Part shown: in pieces, positions 17,955 to 27,533 of the stretch
Layout: each line of letters opens with the position of its first letter
Numbering within the stretch: position 1 is the stretch's first letter
DNA from: an uncultured Planctomycetota bacterium
Lineage (GTDB): Bacteria; Planctomycetota; GCA-002687715; CAIWVZ01
Direction: 5' to 3'
Assembly (NCBI GenBank): GCA_903916245.1
Contig: CAIWVZ010000322.1
Location: forward strand, 1-60,555
Length of the DNA stretch: 60,555 nt
Notes under the pieces: model-generated
The model's input: the letters and a program-made list of their open reading frames with translations, nothing else
Database searches by the model: none
Told to the model about the DNA's origin: nothing
Position numbers and translations under genes: made by a program

Positions 17955-17982
17955 GCCGTCATGGTACCCCGTCATCGTTATC

Positions 17983-18699
17983 ATGGGACCCGTGACGCCT
18001 TTCGGTTCGACACCCGCTTTGATCTCTCCCGACGATCCTCTTGCGCCGCAGACGGTTGCGGTCTTGCACGACGTGTTGCAGCGCGGGTCCGTGTTGCGCG
18101 AGGGGGCTACAGGCGTCGAAGCGGTCGGCGGGTCGTACATCCGATGGAAGGTGCACCCGTCGGGAGGCGCTCGACTCCGTTGGAGACGTTGGTGCGACGG
18201 ATTCGGATGGAGGTCTCCGGGTCGCTCCGCGTTCGTTCAGCACCGTCGTGCGGATCGCGCGGAACTCGGAGCACCGAGCGTCTTGTGCCTGGTGGAAAGG
18301 CCCGAAGCGTGTGTGTTGGCGACCCGTTGGTCGCGGGATTGGTGTGCGCTGACGGAAGCCGGATCGATGCTCGGAGTGTCCGACGTGGTGCGCGCGCTGG
18401 TCGCCCTGCATGCGTGGGGATTCGTGGAACGTCGTGTCGATCCCGATCATTGGTGCGTGGATCTCGGCGTCCGGCCGCCGCGTCTCCTTCCCGTCGACTT
18501 CTCTTGGATGCACTGGAGCAAGTACGTCGACGTCCCCACGCGGGCCCGGCACCTCGCGGCCTTCGCTCGCCTGTTGCCGGGTGATCCCTATCGCTTTTTG
18601 GAAGGGGAGGGGACGCTCGCGTACGCGGAAGCGTCCTCTCTGCGCGTAAGCGCCGCCGCGTTCCTCGACGCGGTCCGTCGCGCCGCCTCCGACGCATGA
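17983..18699 (+). CDS. Hypothetical protein (weak, degenerate kinase-fold-like motif)
   Basis: ORF 17935..18699. Codon usage is host-like. The stop overlaps the next start (ATGA at 18696). The segment ALVALHAWGFVERRVDPDHWCVDL loosely resembles an LPS-kinase/RIO-type catalytic loop but lacks the catalytic Asp. The start (17983 vs 17935) is uncertain. Confidence 0.4.
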   Translation: MGPVTPFGSTPALISPDDPLAPQTVAVLHDVLQRGSVLREGATGVEAVGGSYIRWKVHPSGGARLRWRRWCDGFGWRSPGRSAFVQHRRADRAELGAPSVLCLVERPEACVLATRWSRDWCALTEAGSMLGVSDVVRALVALHAWGFVERRVDPDHWCVDLGVRPPRLLPVDFSWMHWSKYVDVPTRARHLAAFARLLPGDPYRFLEGEGTLAYAEASSLRVSAAAFLDAVRRAASDA

Positions 18700-19754
18700 T
18701 GCCCGACACCACCGATCCAACGTGGGAGCGTGCCACACTTCTCGCCCTCAAGGCCGAGTGGGTGGCCATCAATCACACGCTGTTCGAGGGCGCCTTGCGC
18801 TCTCCCATGATCGACTGGTCGGACGGCATGACGCTTCTTGGTGCCTGGATCACCGGGCAGCGTCGTCTGACGCTCTCGCGGACGTTCGTCGCGTCGTCAC
18901 CATGGGGACGAGTGGTTGAAGTGTTGAAGCATGAGACCGCGCACCAATACGTCGACGAAGCCTTGCACATCGTCGACGAGTCCGCGCACGGTGCGACGTT
19001 TCGTCGGGTCTGCGAAGAACGAGGGATCGACGCTCGTGCCGCCGGAATGCCCGAAGTCGCCGTCGACGATGAATCGGCGTCGGTCCGTCGCCGCATCGAG
19101 AAACTGTTGGCCCTCGCCGGAAGCCCCAATCCTCACGAGGCGGCCGCCGCGGCATCGATGGCGCGGAAGTTGCGACTCAAACATCGGCTCGACGTCGGAA
19201 CTTCCGACTCCGCGGACTACGGCTGGAAGCAACTCGGTCCCGTGCTCGGGCGCGTCACCGAGGTCGACCGTTGGTTGGCCCATATCCTCGAAGCGCACGC
19301 CTTCGTCGAAGTCGTCTTCGTCACCTCGTACGACACCGCACGCTCCGAACGCGGTCGCATCCTCGAGGTCTGCGGGACGGCGGCCGATCTCGAATTCGCC
19401 GAATGGATGTACGTATTCCTCAGACGGACGGCGGAGCGCTTGGCCGACGACCACGTGCGTCGACAGGGTGGTGGAAAACGCGCGGCGTTCATGGCGGGAG
19501 TCCTTTCCGGCGTCCATGAAACGTTGGGTCGTTCCGCCGCTGAATCCGCCGCGGGCGACGCCGCGCTCGTCTGGCGCGGGGACCCGGCGTTGCATGCCTA
19601 CTTCCGCAAGCGACATCCCCGTCTTCGGACGACACGGGGGCGCGTACGACGGGGCCGCGCCGATCATCACGCCGGACAGGCGGAAGGTCGTCGCGTCGTC
19701 GTGCATCGTCCGATTTCCGGACGTGGTGGGTTCGGTGGGCTTCTCGGCCCGTGA
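18696..19754 (+). CDS. SprT-like zinc-metalloprotease domain protein fused to a DUF2786-like helical module
   Basis: 352 aa. The SprT-like part reads INHTLFEGALRSPMIDWSD...LTLSR...VLKHETAHQYV (HExxH). The DUF2786-like part reads VRRRIEKLLALAGSPNPHEAAAAASMARKL. Confidence 0.65.
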   Translation: MMPDTTDPTWERATLLALKAEWVAINHTLFEGALRSPMIDWSDGMTLLGAWITGQRRLTLSRTFVASSPWGRVVEVLKHETAHQYVDEALHIVDESAHGATFRRVCEERGIDARAAGMPEVAVDDESASVRRRIEKLLALAGSPNPHEAAAAASMARKLRLKHRLDVGTSDSADYGWKQLGPVLGRVTEVDRWLAHILEAHAFVEVVFVTSYDTARSERGRILEVCGTAADLEFAEWMYVFLRRTAERLADDHVRRQGGGKRAAFMAGVLSGVHETLGRSAAESAAGDAALVWRGDPALHAYFRKRHPRLRTTRGRVRRGRADHHAGQAEGRRVVVHRPISGRGGFGGLLGP

Positions 19755-19823
19755 GGTCGTGATTCGGCTTCGGATCGGCCGATGCGCGTCCGTGTCGTTT
19801 GGTCCTCCTGATAGATTGACCCC

Positions 19824-21167
19824 ATGAACGCCTCCGCCGCAGCCCCCGTCGCCCCGAAAGGCGGCGGGAAATCGCCGTTGATCGCGATTTTCCTCACGGT
19901 CTTCATCGATCTCCTCGGCTTCGGAATCGTGATCCCCCTTCTGCCCGTGTACACGAAGGCCTACGGGGCGTCCGAGGTCGAACTGGGGCTCTTGTTCTCG
20001 GCGTTCAGTTTGATGCAGTTCCTCTTCGCCCCGATGTGGGGGCGGTGGTCGGATCGCATCGGTCGTCGCCCGATCTTGATCGGTGGCCTCTTCGGAACCG
20101 CGGCGAGTTACGCCCTCTTCGCGGTCGCCAACGCCATGCTTCCTCCCGAAGGGGCCACGGGAGGGTCGACCGGCTTCGTGATGGCGCTCATTTTCGCGTC
20201 GCGATTCCTCGCTGGGTTCTTCGGAGCCAACATTTCGACGGCGCAGGCGTACATCGCCGACGTCACGACGCAGGAAAATCGGGCCAAGGGGATGGGGCTC
20301 ATCGGCGCCGCCTTCGGTCTCGGGTTCACCGTCGGCCCGCTCGTCGGGGGCGAACTTTCCGTCATCGGGACTTGGGTACCGGGCGCGGCGGCGGCGCTGT
20401 TCTCCTTGGCGTCGGCCACGTTCGCGTGGTTCAAACTTCCCGAACCCGATCGGCATAGCCCCAGCACGCGAGCGATCCCCCAAGGAACGCAGGTGCGGCA
20501 TGTCCTCGCGGAGCCCCGTCTCGGCGTGGTCTATGTCCTGATTTTCCTCTCGGTCGTCGCTTGGGCGGGCTTCGAAGCCATGTTCACCCGCTTTGGTTTG
20601 GCGGCCTTCCCGACGAAGTTCGGGCTTGAACATTCGATCGACCGTGCGACGGTGGCGCAGGTCATCGACTCCGCGAAGTACACCGGGCGCTACCTGTTCT
20701 TCATCGGGGTCGTGTCGGCGATCATCCAGGGTGGTTTGATCCGGCGACTCGTGAAGCGCTACGGCGAAGTCGGCCTCTCGGTGGCGGGCCCGTTCTTCCT
20801 TGCGGTTTCATTCGCAATTGTCGCATGGGCCGGGAGATTCATGCCTGGAACCGAGGAGGGTTGGATGTGGGTCCTGATCGGCTGCGGGCTGATGCCGCTC
20901 GGCTTCGGGCTCAACAACCCCGCTCTCAACGGACTCGTTTCCCGGGCGGCTCCCGAAGATCAGCAGGGAGCCTATCTCGGTCTCTATCAAAGCACCGCGA
21001 GTTTGGCGCGGGTGGTGGGACCCCCGTTGACCGGCGCGGTGTTCAAACTTCTCGGTCCCGCGTGGCCGTTCGTGACGGGGGCGGGACTTCTCTTCCTCGC
21101 CACCGGGATCGCGTGGTGGTACCGCGGGCGCTTCGGTTCGACGTTCGCTCGCGGCCCCGCCGCCTAA
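19824..21167 (+). CDS. MFS transporter (TCR/drug-efflux-like, 12 TM)
   Basis: 447 aa. It reads FLTVFIDLLGFGIVIPLLP, has the motif-A-like GRWSDRIGRRPIL, and shows a symmetric 6+6 hydrophobic pattern. Confidence 0.85.
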   Translation: MNASAAAPVAPKGGGKSPLIAIFLTVFIDLLGFGIVIPLLPVYTKAYGASEVELGLLFSAFSLMQFLFAPMWGRWSDRIGRRPILIGGLFGTAASYALFAVANAMLPPEGATGGSTGFVMALIFASRFLAGFFGANISTAQAYIADVTTQENRAKGMGLIGAAFGLGFTVGPLVGGELSVIGTWVPGAAAALFSLASATFAWFKLPEPDRHSPSTRAIPQGTQVRHVLAEPRLGVVYVLIFLSVVAWAGFEAMFTRFGLAAFPTKFGLEHSIDRATVAQVIDSAKYTGRYLFFIGVVSAIIQGGLIRRLVKRYGEVGLSVAGPFFLAVSFAIVAWAGRFMPGTEEGWMWVLIGCGLMPLGFGLNNPALNGLVSRAAPEDQQGAYLGLYQSTASLARVVGPPLTGAVFKLLGPAWPFVTGAGLLFLATGIAWWYRGRFGSTFARGPAA

Positions 21168-21316
21168 AAGTTCAACACGTTCTTGATTCGTGAGCGTCTC
21201 GCACGATCTTTCGATTTTTGATATAAAGAACGCCGTGGCGCAACTTTTGACCGTCGGCGAGCGCACCCGGCGGTCGGCCCCCCGTGGGGGGGCTTCGAAG
21301 TCGCCCAAGGACGGCC

Positions 21317-22114
21317 ATGGAAGCGGACCCGTTGTTGCCCGCATTCCTTTCGGGATGGGCCGTCGCCGCCGGCGTCATGTTGGTGCTTTGGCTGCGGCAA
21401 CTCTCCACCCGGAACGCCACGGCCGTCGATGTCGCTTGGGCCGCCAATCTCGGGGTTCTCGCCGTCTTGGCGGCGATTCAGGGTGACGGTGCCACCCACC
21501 GCCGTGTGCTCATCGGGGTGATCGCCGCCGTCTCGTCGTGGCGCCTGGCGGGCTATCTCGCTCTTCACCGTCTCGGTCACGCCGAGGAAGACGGTCGGTA
21601 TGCCACGATCCGCGCCGAAAAGGGTGCCTCGGCGCCTACGTGGTTCTTCGTCTTCTATCAGGCTCAGGGCCTCTTGGACGCCGTGCTCGCGCTGCCCTTT
21701 TTCCTCGCGGCTCGCGACCCATCCCCGGAGATCCGCGCGACCGAGATCGCCGGATTGAGTCTCTGGCTCATCGCGATGGTCGGCGAAGCGGTGGCCGATG
21801 CCCAGTTGGCGGCATGGAAGCGTGACCCGAAGAACCGGGGCGTGACCTGCCGTGTCGGGTTGTGGGCGTGGTCCCGTCACCCGAACTACTTCTTCGAATG
21901 GCTGACGTGGATCGCCTACGCGCTCGTGGCGACCGCCACCCCCATGGGTTGGCTCGGCTGGGTCCCGGCGGGGCTCATGCTGTTCTTCATCCTGAAGGTG
22001 ACCGGGATTCCCCCGACCGAAGCCCAAGCCCTCAAGTCCCGCCCGGATTACGCGGACTACCAACGGGAGGTCAACGCCTTCGTGCCGTGGTTCCCGCGGA
22101 GGAAACCCGCATGA
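21317..22114 (+). CDS. DUF1295 family membrane protein (steroid 5-alpha-reductase/ICMT-like fold)
   Basis: ORF 21284..22114, taken from ATG 21317. The signature is [23 protein letters not shown]. It has multiple TM segments. Confidence 0.8.
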   Translation: MEADPLLPAFLSGWAVAAGVMLVLWLRQLSTRNATAVDVAWAANLGVLAVLAAIQGDGATHRRVLIGVIAAVSSWRLAGYLALHRLGHAEEDGRYATIRAEKGASAPTWFFVFYQAQGLLDAVLALPFFLAARDPSPEIRATEIAGLSLWLIAMVGEAVADAQLAAWKRDPKNRGVTCRVGLWAWSRHPNYFFEWLTWIAYALVATATPMGWLGWVPAGLMLFFILKVTGIPPTEAQALKSRPDYADYQREVNAFVPWFPRRKPA

Positions 22115-23148
22115 CCTGGTGGGAGCCCCTGCTCGACTCCGGCCGCATCCCCGACGTGGTGATCCGCGCCGGCATTCGACGATTGCTCGCCCGACGCCTA
22201 CGCGAAGAGGACCGCGGATCGCTCGAGGCGCAACAGGATGCGTTGCGCGCCTTCGTCGCCACCTTGCGGTTGAGTCCCATCGCCGTCGAAACGAAAGCCG
22301 CCAACGACCAGCACTACGAAGTACCGCCCGGTTTCTTCGAACGCGCCCTCGGTCCGAGGCTCAAGTACTCGGGATGCTATTTCCCGACGGGTCGCGAGTC
22401 GTTGGCGCAAGCGGAGGAAGCCATGCTCGCCCTCTCGGTCGCCCGGGCGGAGATCGAAGACGGCATGGAGATTCTCGATCTCGGTTGTGGATGGGGGTCG
22501 ATGTCCTTTTGGCTCGCGGAGAAGTTCCCGAAGGCGCGCATCTTGGGCGTGTCGAACTCCCGCCCCCAGCGCGCCTTCATCGAAGCGAAGCGCGACCGAC
22601 TCGGTCTCAAGAACCTCGAGATCGTGACGTGCGATGCGAACGTCTTCGCTCCCAACCGCACCTTCGACCGCATCGTTTCGGTCGAGATGCTCGAGCACAT
22701 GAAGAACTACGGGTCGCTCTTCGCGCGCATCGCGTCGTGGATGAAGCCGGGCGGGAAGATGTTCGTGCACATCTTCACGCACAAGACGTTCGCCTACCCG
22801 TTCGGCACGGACCGCGACGACGACTGGATGGGACGCTATTTCTTCACCGGCGGCAATATCCCCTCCGACGACTTGTTCCTTCATTTTCAGGATGACCTCG
22901 TCGTCGAGGATCACTGGAAGGTCGACGGGACACATTACGGGAAGACGGCGGAAGCGTGGCTCGTCAACACCGACCGCCATCGCGACGAAATCTTGGAGAT
23001 CTTCCGCGGAACTTACGGCAAGGATGCCGCCGTGTGGTTGGAGCGGTGGCGCGTGTTCTTCATGGCGTGCGCGGAACTTTGGAACTATCGGAACGGGCAA
23101 GAGTGGCTCGTGTCCCACTACCGCTTTCGTGCGCGTCCCCGAGTCTGA
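22111..23148 (+). CDS. SAM-dependent methyltransferase, cyclopropane-fatty-acyl-phospholipid synthase (CMAS) family, short form
   Basis: This is the tail of ORF 21862..23148. ATG 22111 overlaps the DUF1295 stop (ATGA). Motifs: [26 protein letters not shown] (SAM motif I), VSVEMLEHM. Confidence 0.85.
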   Translation: MTWWEPLLDSGRIPDVVIRAGIRRLLARRLREEDRGSLEAQQDALRAFVATLRLSPIAVETKAANDQHYEVPPGFFERALGPRLKYSGCYFPTGRESLAQAEEAMLALSVARAEIEDGMEILDLGCGWGSMSFWLAEKFPKARILGVSNSRPQRAFIEAKRDRLGLKNLEIVTCDANVFAPNRTFDRIVSVEMLEHMKNYGSLFARIASWMKPGGKMFVHIFTHKTFAYPFGTDRDDDWMGRYFFTGGNIPSDDLFLHFQDDLVVEDHWKVDGTHYGKTAEAWLVNTDRHRDEILEIFRGTYGKDAAVWLERWRVFFMACAELWNYRNGQEWLVSHYRFRARPRV

Positions 23149-23151
23149 ACG

Positions 23152-24114
23152 ATGACGACTGCGCCCCCCCCCTCCACATCGCGGCCTTCCGCGATCCTCG
23201 CCTGGTTCGACGCTTGGGCGGCCGCGGAGCGCATGGGCGACGTCGACGATCGTCGCGTCGACTGGATGCGCGTCGTGCCGTTTCTCGCCCTCCATCTCGC
23301 GTGCCTCGCCGCTTTCGCGGTGGGCGTCGGTGCGTTCGCCCTCGTGTGGGCGACGGCGCTCTATCTCGTGCGGATGTTCGCGATCACCGCGTTCTATCAT
23401 CGCTACTTCTCGCACCGGAGTTTCAAACTCGGTCGGGGTTGGCAGTTCGTATTCGCCGTCCTCGGAAACGCGTCCGCGCAGCGTGGCCCTTTGTGGTGGG
23501 CGGCGCATCATCGGCATCACCACCGTTGGTCCGACACCGAAGAAGACACCCATTCGCCCACGAAGGACGGAATCTGGTGGTCGCACGTGGGTTGGATCCT
23601 GACGCGCAAGAACTTCAAAACGCAGGTCGCGCGTGTTCCCGACCTCGCGAAATTTCCCGAACTGGTGTTCCTCGACCGCTTCGACGCATTGGTTCCGGTG
23701 GTCATGTTCGCGGGGTCCTATGGGTTGGGTGCGTGGCTCGAGACCGCGCATCCGGCACTGCGGACCAACGGTCCTCAGTTGCTCGTCTGGACCATCATTT
23801 CGACGGTCGTCCTGTTCCATGCGACGTTCACCATCAACTCGCTGGCTCACGTATGGGGGACGCGTCGCTACCCGACCGAAGACACGAGCCGCAACAACCT
23901 TTGGCTCGCGCTTCTCACCCTCGGTGAGGGCTGGCACAACAATCACCACCGCCACCAAGCCTCCACGCGTCAAGGATTCGCGTGGTGGGAAATCGACGTC
24001 TCGTGGTACGTCCTCTACGCGTTGTCGAAGGTGGGCGTCGTACGTGACCTGACCCCGGTTCCCGACGCGATTCTCGAAGAGGGTGGTCTTCGCCGAGGTC
24101 CCGACGCGTCATGA
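23152..24114 (+). CDS. Membrane acyl-CoA/acyl-lipid delta-9 fatty acid desaturase
   Basis: 320 aa. It has three His boxes: HRYFSHRS, AAHHRHHHRWSD and GEGWHNNHHRH. It also carries the NSLAHVWG motif typical of stearoyl-CoA-desaturase-like enzymes. Confidence 0.9.
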   Translation: MTTAPPPSTSRPSAILAWFDAWAAAERMGDVDDRRVDWMRVVPFLALHLACLAAFAVGVGAFALVWATALYLVRMFAITAFYHRYFSHRSFKLGRGWQFVFAVLGNASAQRGPLWWAAHHRHHHRWSDTEEDTHSPTKDGIWWSHVGWILTRKNFKTQVARVPDLAKFPELVFLDRFDALVPVVMFAGSYGLGAWLETAHPALRTNGPQLLVWTIISTVVLFHATFTINSLAHVWGTRRYPTEDTSRNNLWLALLTLGEGWHNNHHRHQASTRQGFAWWEIDVSWYVLYALSKVGVVRDLTPVPDAILEEGGLRRGPDAS

Positions 24115-25388
24115 CGTCGCGGGTGCCGACCGAGAGCGGGTCACGGATCGCCGTGATCGGAACGGGCGTCGCCGGAATGGCCGCCGCGTGGATGCTCGCA
24201 CGTCGGCACGATGTCGTCGTGTACGAAGCGGAAGCGCGCTACGGCGGGCACGTGCACACCCACGACGTGGTGGACCCGCGCGGCCCTTTGGCGGTCGATA
24301 CCGGATTCATCGTGTGCAACGATCGCACGTATCCGAATCTGATGGCCCTGTTCGGTCTGCTCGGCGTCGAGACGCGCGACAGCAGTATGAGTTTCTCGGT
24401 GCGCTGTGATGCCACCGACTTCGAGTACAACGGCACCTCGCTGAACACGCTCGTCGCGCAACGCACGAATCTTCTGCGCCCGAAGTTTTGGGGCATGGTG
24501 CGCGACATCCTTCGATTCAATCGTGAGGCTCCCGAAGTTTTGGAACTTCCGGCGCCCGGACCGACTCTCGGCGACTACCTCTTGTCTCGAGGCTACGGAT
24601 CATGGTTCGTCGATCGCTACCTCGTTCCGATGAGCGCGGCGATTTGGTCGGCGGAGCCCGCGGGCATCATGAATTACCCCGCGCGCTTCATGGTGCGATT
24701 TTTCCATAACCACGGCATGCTTTCGGTCAACGACCGACCGATGTGGAAGACGGTCGTGGGCGGGTCACGCGCCTACGCGCGCAAGTTGATGGAGCCTCTC
24801 GAAGGGCGCGTGCGCCTCGCGGCGCCCGTCACGAGCATCGTGCGGCGTGCGGACGGCGTCGATGTGCGAACGGCCACCGGAGCGGAGCGTTTCGACGGTG
24901 TCGTCGTCGCGACCCATACGGATACCGCTCTCGGGCTGTTGAGCGACCCGTCTCCGGAAGAGCGCGAGATCCTTTCCGCCATTCCGTATCAGGAAAACGA
25001 AGCGGTCTTGCACACCGATCGTCGGTTGTTGCCACGTCGTCCTTTGGCGCGCGCGGCGTGGAATTACCACATCACGGAGAAACCGTCGTCGCGCGTGGCC
25101 GTGACGTATTGGATGAACCGACTGCAAGGGTTGGAGGCGGCCGACGATTGGTGCGTGACGTTGAACCGCACCGAGGCGGTTGATCCGTCGAAGATCGTCC
25201 GGCGGGTGACCTACCATCATCCGGTGTTCACGATGCGCGGCGTCGACGCGCAGGAACGCCATCGCACGATTCAGGGAGTGCGGCGTACGTGGTTTTGCGG
25301 CGCGTGGATGCGATGGGGTTTCCACGAAGACGGCCTTTGGAGCGCGTTGCAAGTGACGCGCGACTTCGGCTTGGGGTTGGCCCCATGA
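24111..25388 (+). CDS. NAD/FAD-binding oxidoreductase (amine-oxidase/phytoene-desaturase-like)
   Basis: 425 aa. ATG 24111 overlaps the upstream stop (ATGA). The Rossmann motif is RIAVIGTGVAGMAAAWML...VVVYEAEARYGGH. Confidence 0.85.
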   Translation: MTSRVPTESGSRIAVIGTGVAGMAAAWMLARRHDVVVYEAEARYGGHVHTHDVVDPRGPLAVDTGFIVCNDRTYPNLMALFGLLGVETRDSSMSFSVRCDATDFEYNGTSLNTLVAQRTNLLRPKFWGMVRDILRFNREAPEVLELPAPGPTLGDYLLSRGYGSWFVDRYLVPMSAAIWSAEPAGIMNYPARFMVRFFHNHGMLSVNDRPMWKTVVGGSRAYARKLMEPLEGRVRLAAPVTSIVRRADGVDVRTATGAERFDGVVVATHTDTALGLLSDPSPEEREILSAIPYQENEAVLHTDRRLLPRRPLARAAWNYHITEKPSSRVAVTYWMNRLQGLEAADDWCVTLNRTEAVDPSKIVRRVTYHHPVFTMRGVDAQERHRTIQGVRRTWFCGAWMRWGFHEDGLWSALQVTRDFGLGLAP

Positions 25389-26158
25389 GAAGTTCCGTCT
25401 GTATCGGTCGGATGGCGCACGTGCGCCATACGCCGCGCGCGCATCGGTTCGGTTACGCCGTCGACATGACGTTGCTCGATCTCGACGAGATCGACACGGT
25501 CTTCGACGGCCGCTGGTTTTGGTCGACGCGGCGTCCCGCGTGGGCACGTTGGCGGCGCGACGACTACCTCGGGCCCGTCGATCGCTCGTTGAAGCAGGCC
25601 GTGTTGGAGCGCATTCGAACGGAGACCGGCGTCGACGGGCTCGGCCCCGTTCTCATGTTGACGACCCTCCGACGCCTCGGTCACTCCTTCAATCCGGTGA
25701 CGTTCTATTGGGCGATGGACCCGACGGGCGAAGTCCCCGTGGCGTTCGTCGCCGAGATCACGAACACTCCGTGGAACGAGCGCTTTGCGTACGCGTTCGC
25801 GTGGGACATGGGCGAGAAGGTCGGAGCGTCGCGGCGCTTTCGTTTCCGAAAGAAGTTCCACGTGTCGCCGTTTTTTCCGATGGACCTCGTCTACGACTGG
25901 ACGGTGGGGCCACCCTCCGAGCGCATCGCGATTCATATGGAAGATTGGTCCGGCTCCGAGAAGGTGTTCGACGCGGACCTCGCGGTGCGCGCCGAGCCCA
26001 TATCCGCATCCTCCCTCGCCCGTTCGCTGCTCCGTTCTCCCATGACGTCCGTCAAGGTGCTCGCCGCCATCTATTGGCAGGCACTCGTTCTCAAGTTGAA
26101 AGGCGTGCCCTTCTTCGCGCATCCCGCGACGTCCGGCGCAGGAAGTCCCTCCTCATGA
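25385..26158 (+). CDS. DUF1365 family protein
   Basis: This is the tail of ORF 25289..26158. ATG 25385 overlaps the upstream stop (ATGA). The sequences GRMAHVRHTPRAHRFGYAV, WFWSTRRPAWARWRRDDYLG and NPVTFYW match what I recall of DUF1365. Confidence 0.75.
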   Translation: MRSSVCIGRMAHVRHTPRAHRFGYAVDMTLLDLDEIDTVFDGRWFWSTRRPAWARWRRDDYLGPVDRSLKQAVLERIRTETGVDGLGPVLMLTTLRRLGHSFNPVTFYWAMDPTGEVPVAFVAEITNTPWNERFAYAFAWDMGEKVGASRRFRFRKKFHVSPFFPMDLVYDWTVGPPSERIAIHMEDWSGSEKVFDADLAVRAEPISASSLARSLLRSPMTSVKVLAAIYWQALVLKLKGVPFFAHPATSGAGSPSS

Positions 26159-27438
26159 CCACCACCACGAAGATCGACGCGTTCGCGCCGACCCGGCGGA
26201 TCGAATTGCCCACGATGTTTCAGCGGCAGGTCCGCGCCGCGACGCTCGCCCGCCTTCGCACGCTGCGTCTCGGGCGTTTGGTGATTCGCGATCAGGGCGA
26301 CGTCTTCGAGTTCGGCGAAGCGACATCCGGTCAACACCCGGTCGCCCATATCGACGTGACGCATCCGGCGTTTTGGACGTCGATCGCCTTCGGCGGCAGC
26401 ATCGGAGCCGGCGAGGCGTGGATGTTGGGGTACTACCGGTCTCCGAGCCTCGTCGACGTGATTCGGGTGATGGCGCTCAATCGGGATGCCCTCGAAAAGT
26501 TGGAAGGCGGCCTCGCACGCGTTCTCGCACCTCTCAATCGTCTGTGGCACAAGTTCCGCGACAACACGGTTCGGGGAAGCCGCGACAACATCGTCGCCCA
26601 TTACGATCTCGGCAACGACTTCTACAAGTTGTGGCTCGACCGTTCGATGGCCTACTCCTCGGCGATTTTCGATCGCCCCGACATGACGTTGGACGAGGCG
26701 CAGGAAGCGAAGTTCGACCGTATCTGCAGAAAACTCGACCTCCGGCCGACGGATCATTTGGTCGAGATCGGCACGGGATGGGGTGGGCTCGCGATCCATG
26801 CCGCATCGCGGTTCGGGTGCCGGGTGACCACCACGACGATTTCGCCGTCGCAAGCCGCTTGGGCGCGGAAGGCCATCGCGGACGCCGGTCTCGGCGACCG
26901 CATCACGGTCGTCGAAAAGGACTACCGGCACCTCGAGGGTCGCTACGACAAGCTCGTCAGCGTCGAGATGATCGAGGCGGTCGGTGCGGCTTGGTTCGAT
27001 ACGTACTTCAAAACGTGTTCGGACCTTTTGAAGCCCGACGGCCAGATGCTGATCCAGGCGATCACGATCGAGGAGCGGCACTACGACAATGCCGTCAAGA
27101 ACGTCGATTTCATTCAGCGGTACATCTTCCCGGGGTCCTGCATTCCGTCCATGAGAGCGATGATGGAATCCGTGGCGCGCGCCACCGACCTCAGACTGTT
27201 TCACCACGAGGATTTCACCCCGCACTACGCCACGACCCTTCGCCTGTGGCGTGAGCGCTTCTTCGACCGGCTGCCTGAGGTCCGCGCCCTCGGTTTCGAC
27301 GATCGCTTCATCCGGATGTGGGAGTTCTACCTCGCATACTGCGAAGGCGGGTTCGCGGAGCGGGCGATCGGTGTGGTTCACGGGCTCTTCACGAAGCCGC
27401 ACTGCCGGCGTGCGCCCGTCCAACCGCCGCTCCACTAG
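26155..27438 (+). CDS. Cyclopropane-fatty-acyl-phospholipid synthase family SAM-dependent methyltransferase, long form
   Basis: This is the tail of ORF 25519..27438. ATG 26155 overlaps the upstream stop (ATGA). Motifs: IVAHYDLGNDFYKLWLD, MAYSSAIF, HLVEIGTGWGGLA, VSVEMIEAVG, FIQRYIFPGSCIPS, WEFYLAYCEGGF. Confidence 0.9.
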   Translation: MTTTTKIDAFAPTRRIELPTMFQRQVRAATLARLRTLRLGRLVIRDQGDVFEFGEATSGQHPVAHIDVTHPAFWTSIAFGGSIGAGEAWMLGYYRSPSLVDVIRVMALNRDALEKLEGGLARVLAPLNRLWHKFRDNTVRGSRDNIVAHYDLGNDFYKLWLDRSMAYSSAIFDRPDMTLDEAQEAKFDRICRKLDLRPTDHLVEIGTGWGGLAIHAASRFGCRVTTTTISPSQAAWARKAIADAGLGDRITVVEKDYRHLEGRYDKLVSVEMIEAVGAAWFDTYFKTCSDLLKPDGQMLIQAITIEERHYDNAVKNVDFIQRYIFPGSCIPSMRAMMESVARATDLRLFHHEDFTPHYATTLRLWRERFFDRLPEVRALGFDDRFIRMWEFYLAYCEGGFAERAIGVVHGLFTKPHCRRAPVQPPLH

Positions 27439-27533
27439 GTCCGCGGTTCGGAGAGGGGACCGCCCTTCATTCGATCGAGGGATGAAGGGGCCCCCGTGGC
27501 GGCGTGTCACGGGGGCGTTACGCTCAAGCCCGC

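Noticed and set aside
13751-18584. ORFs 13751..15679(-), 15529..17880(-) and 16362..18584(+), each 640-780 aa.
   Set aside because: They are antisense or off-frame to the ArnT-like gene, queD and the hydrolase-like gene. They have Arg-rich low-complexity composition, no motifs, and are mutually incompatible with the motif-bearing frames.
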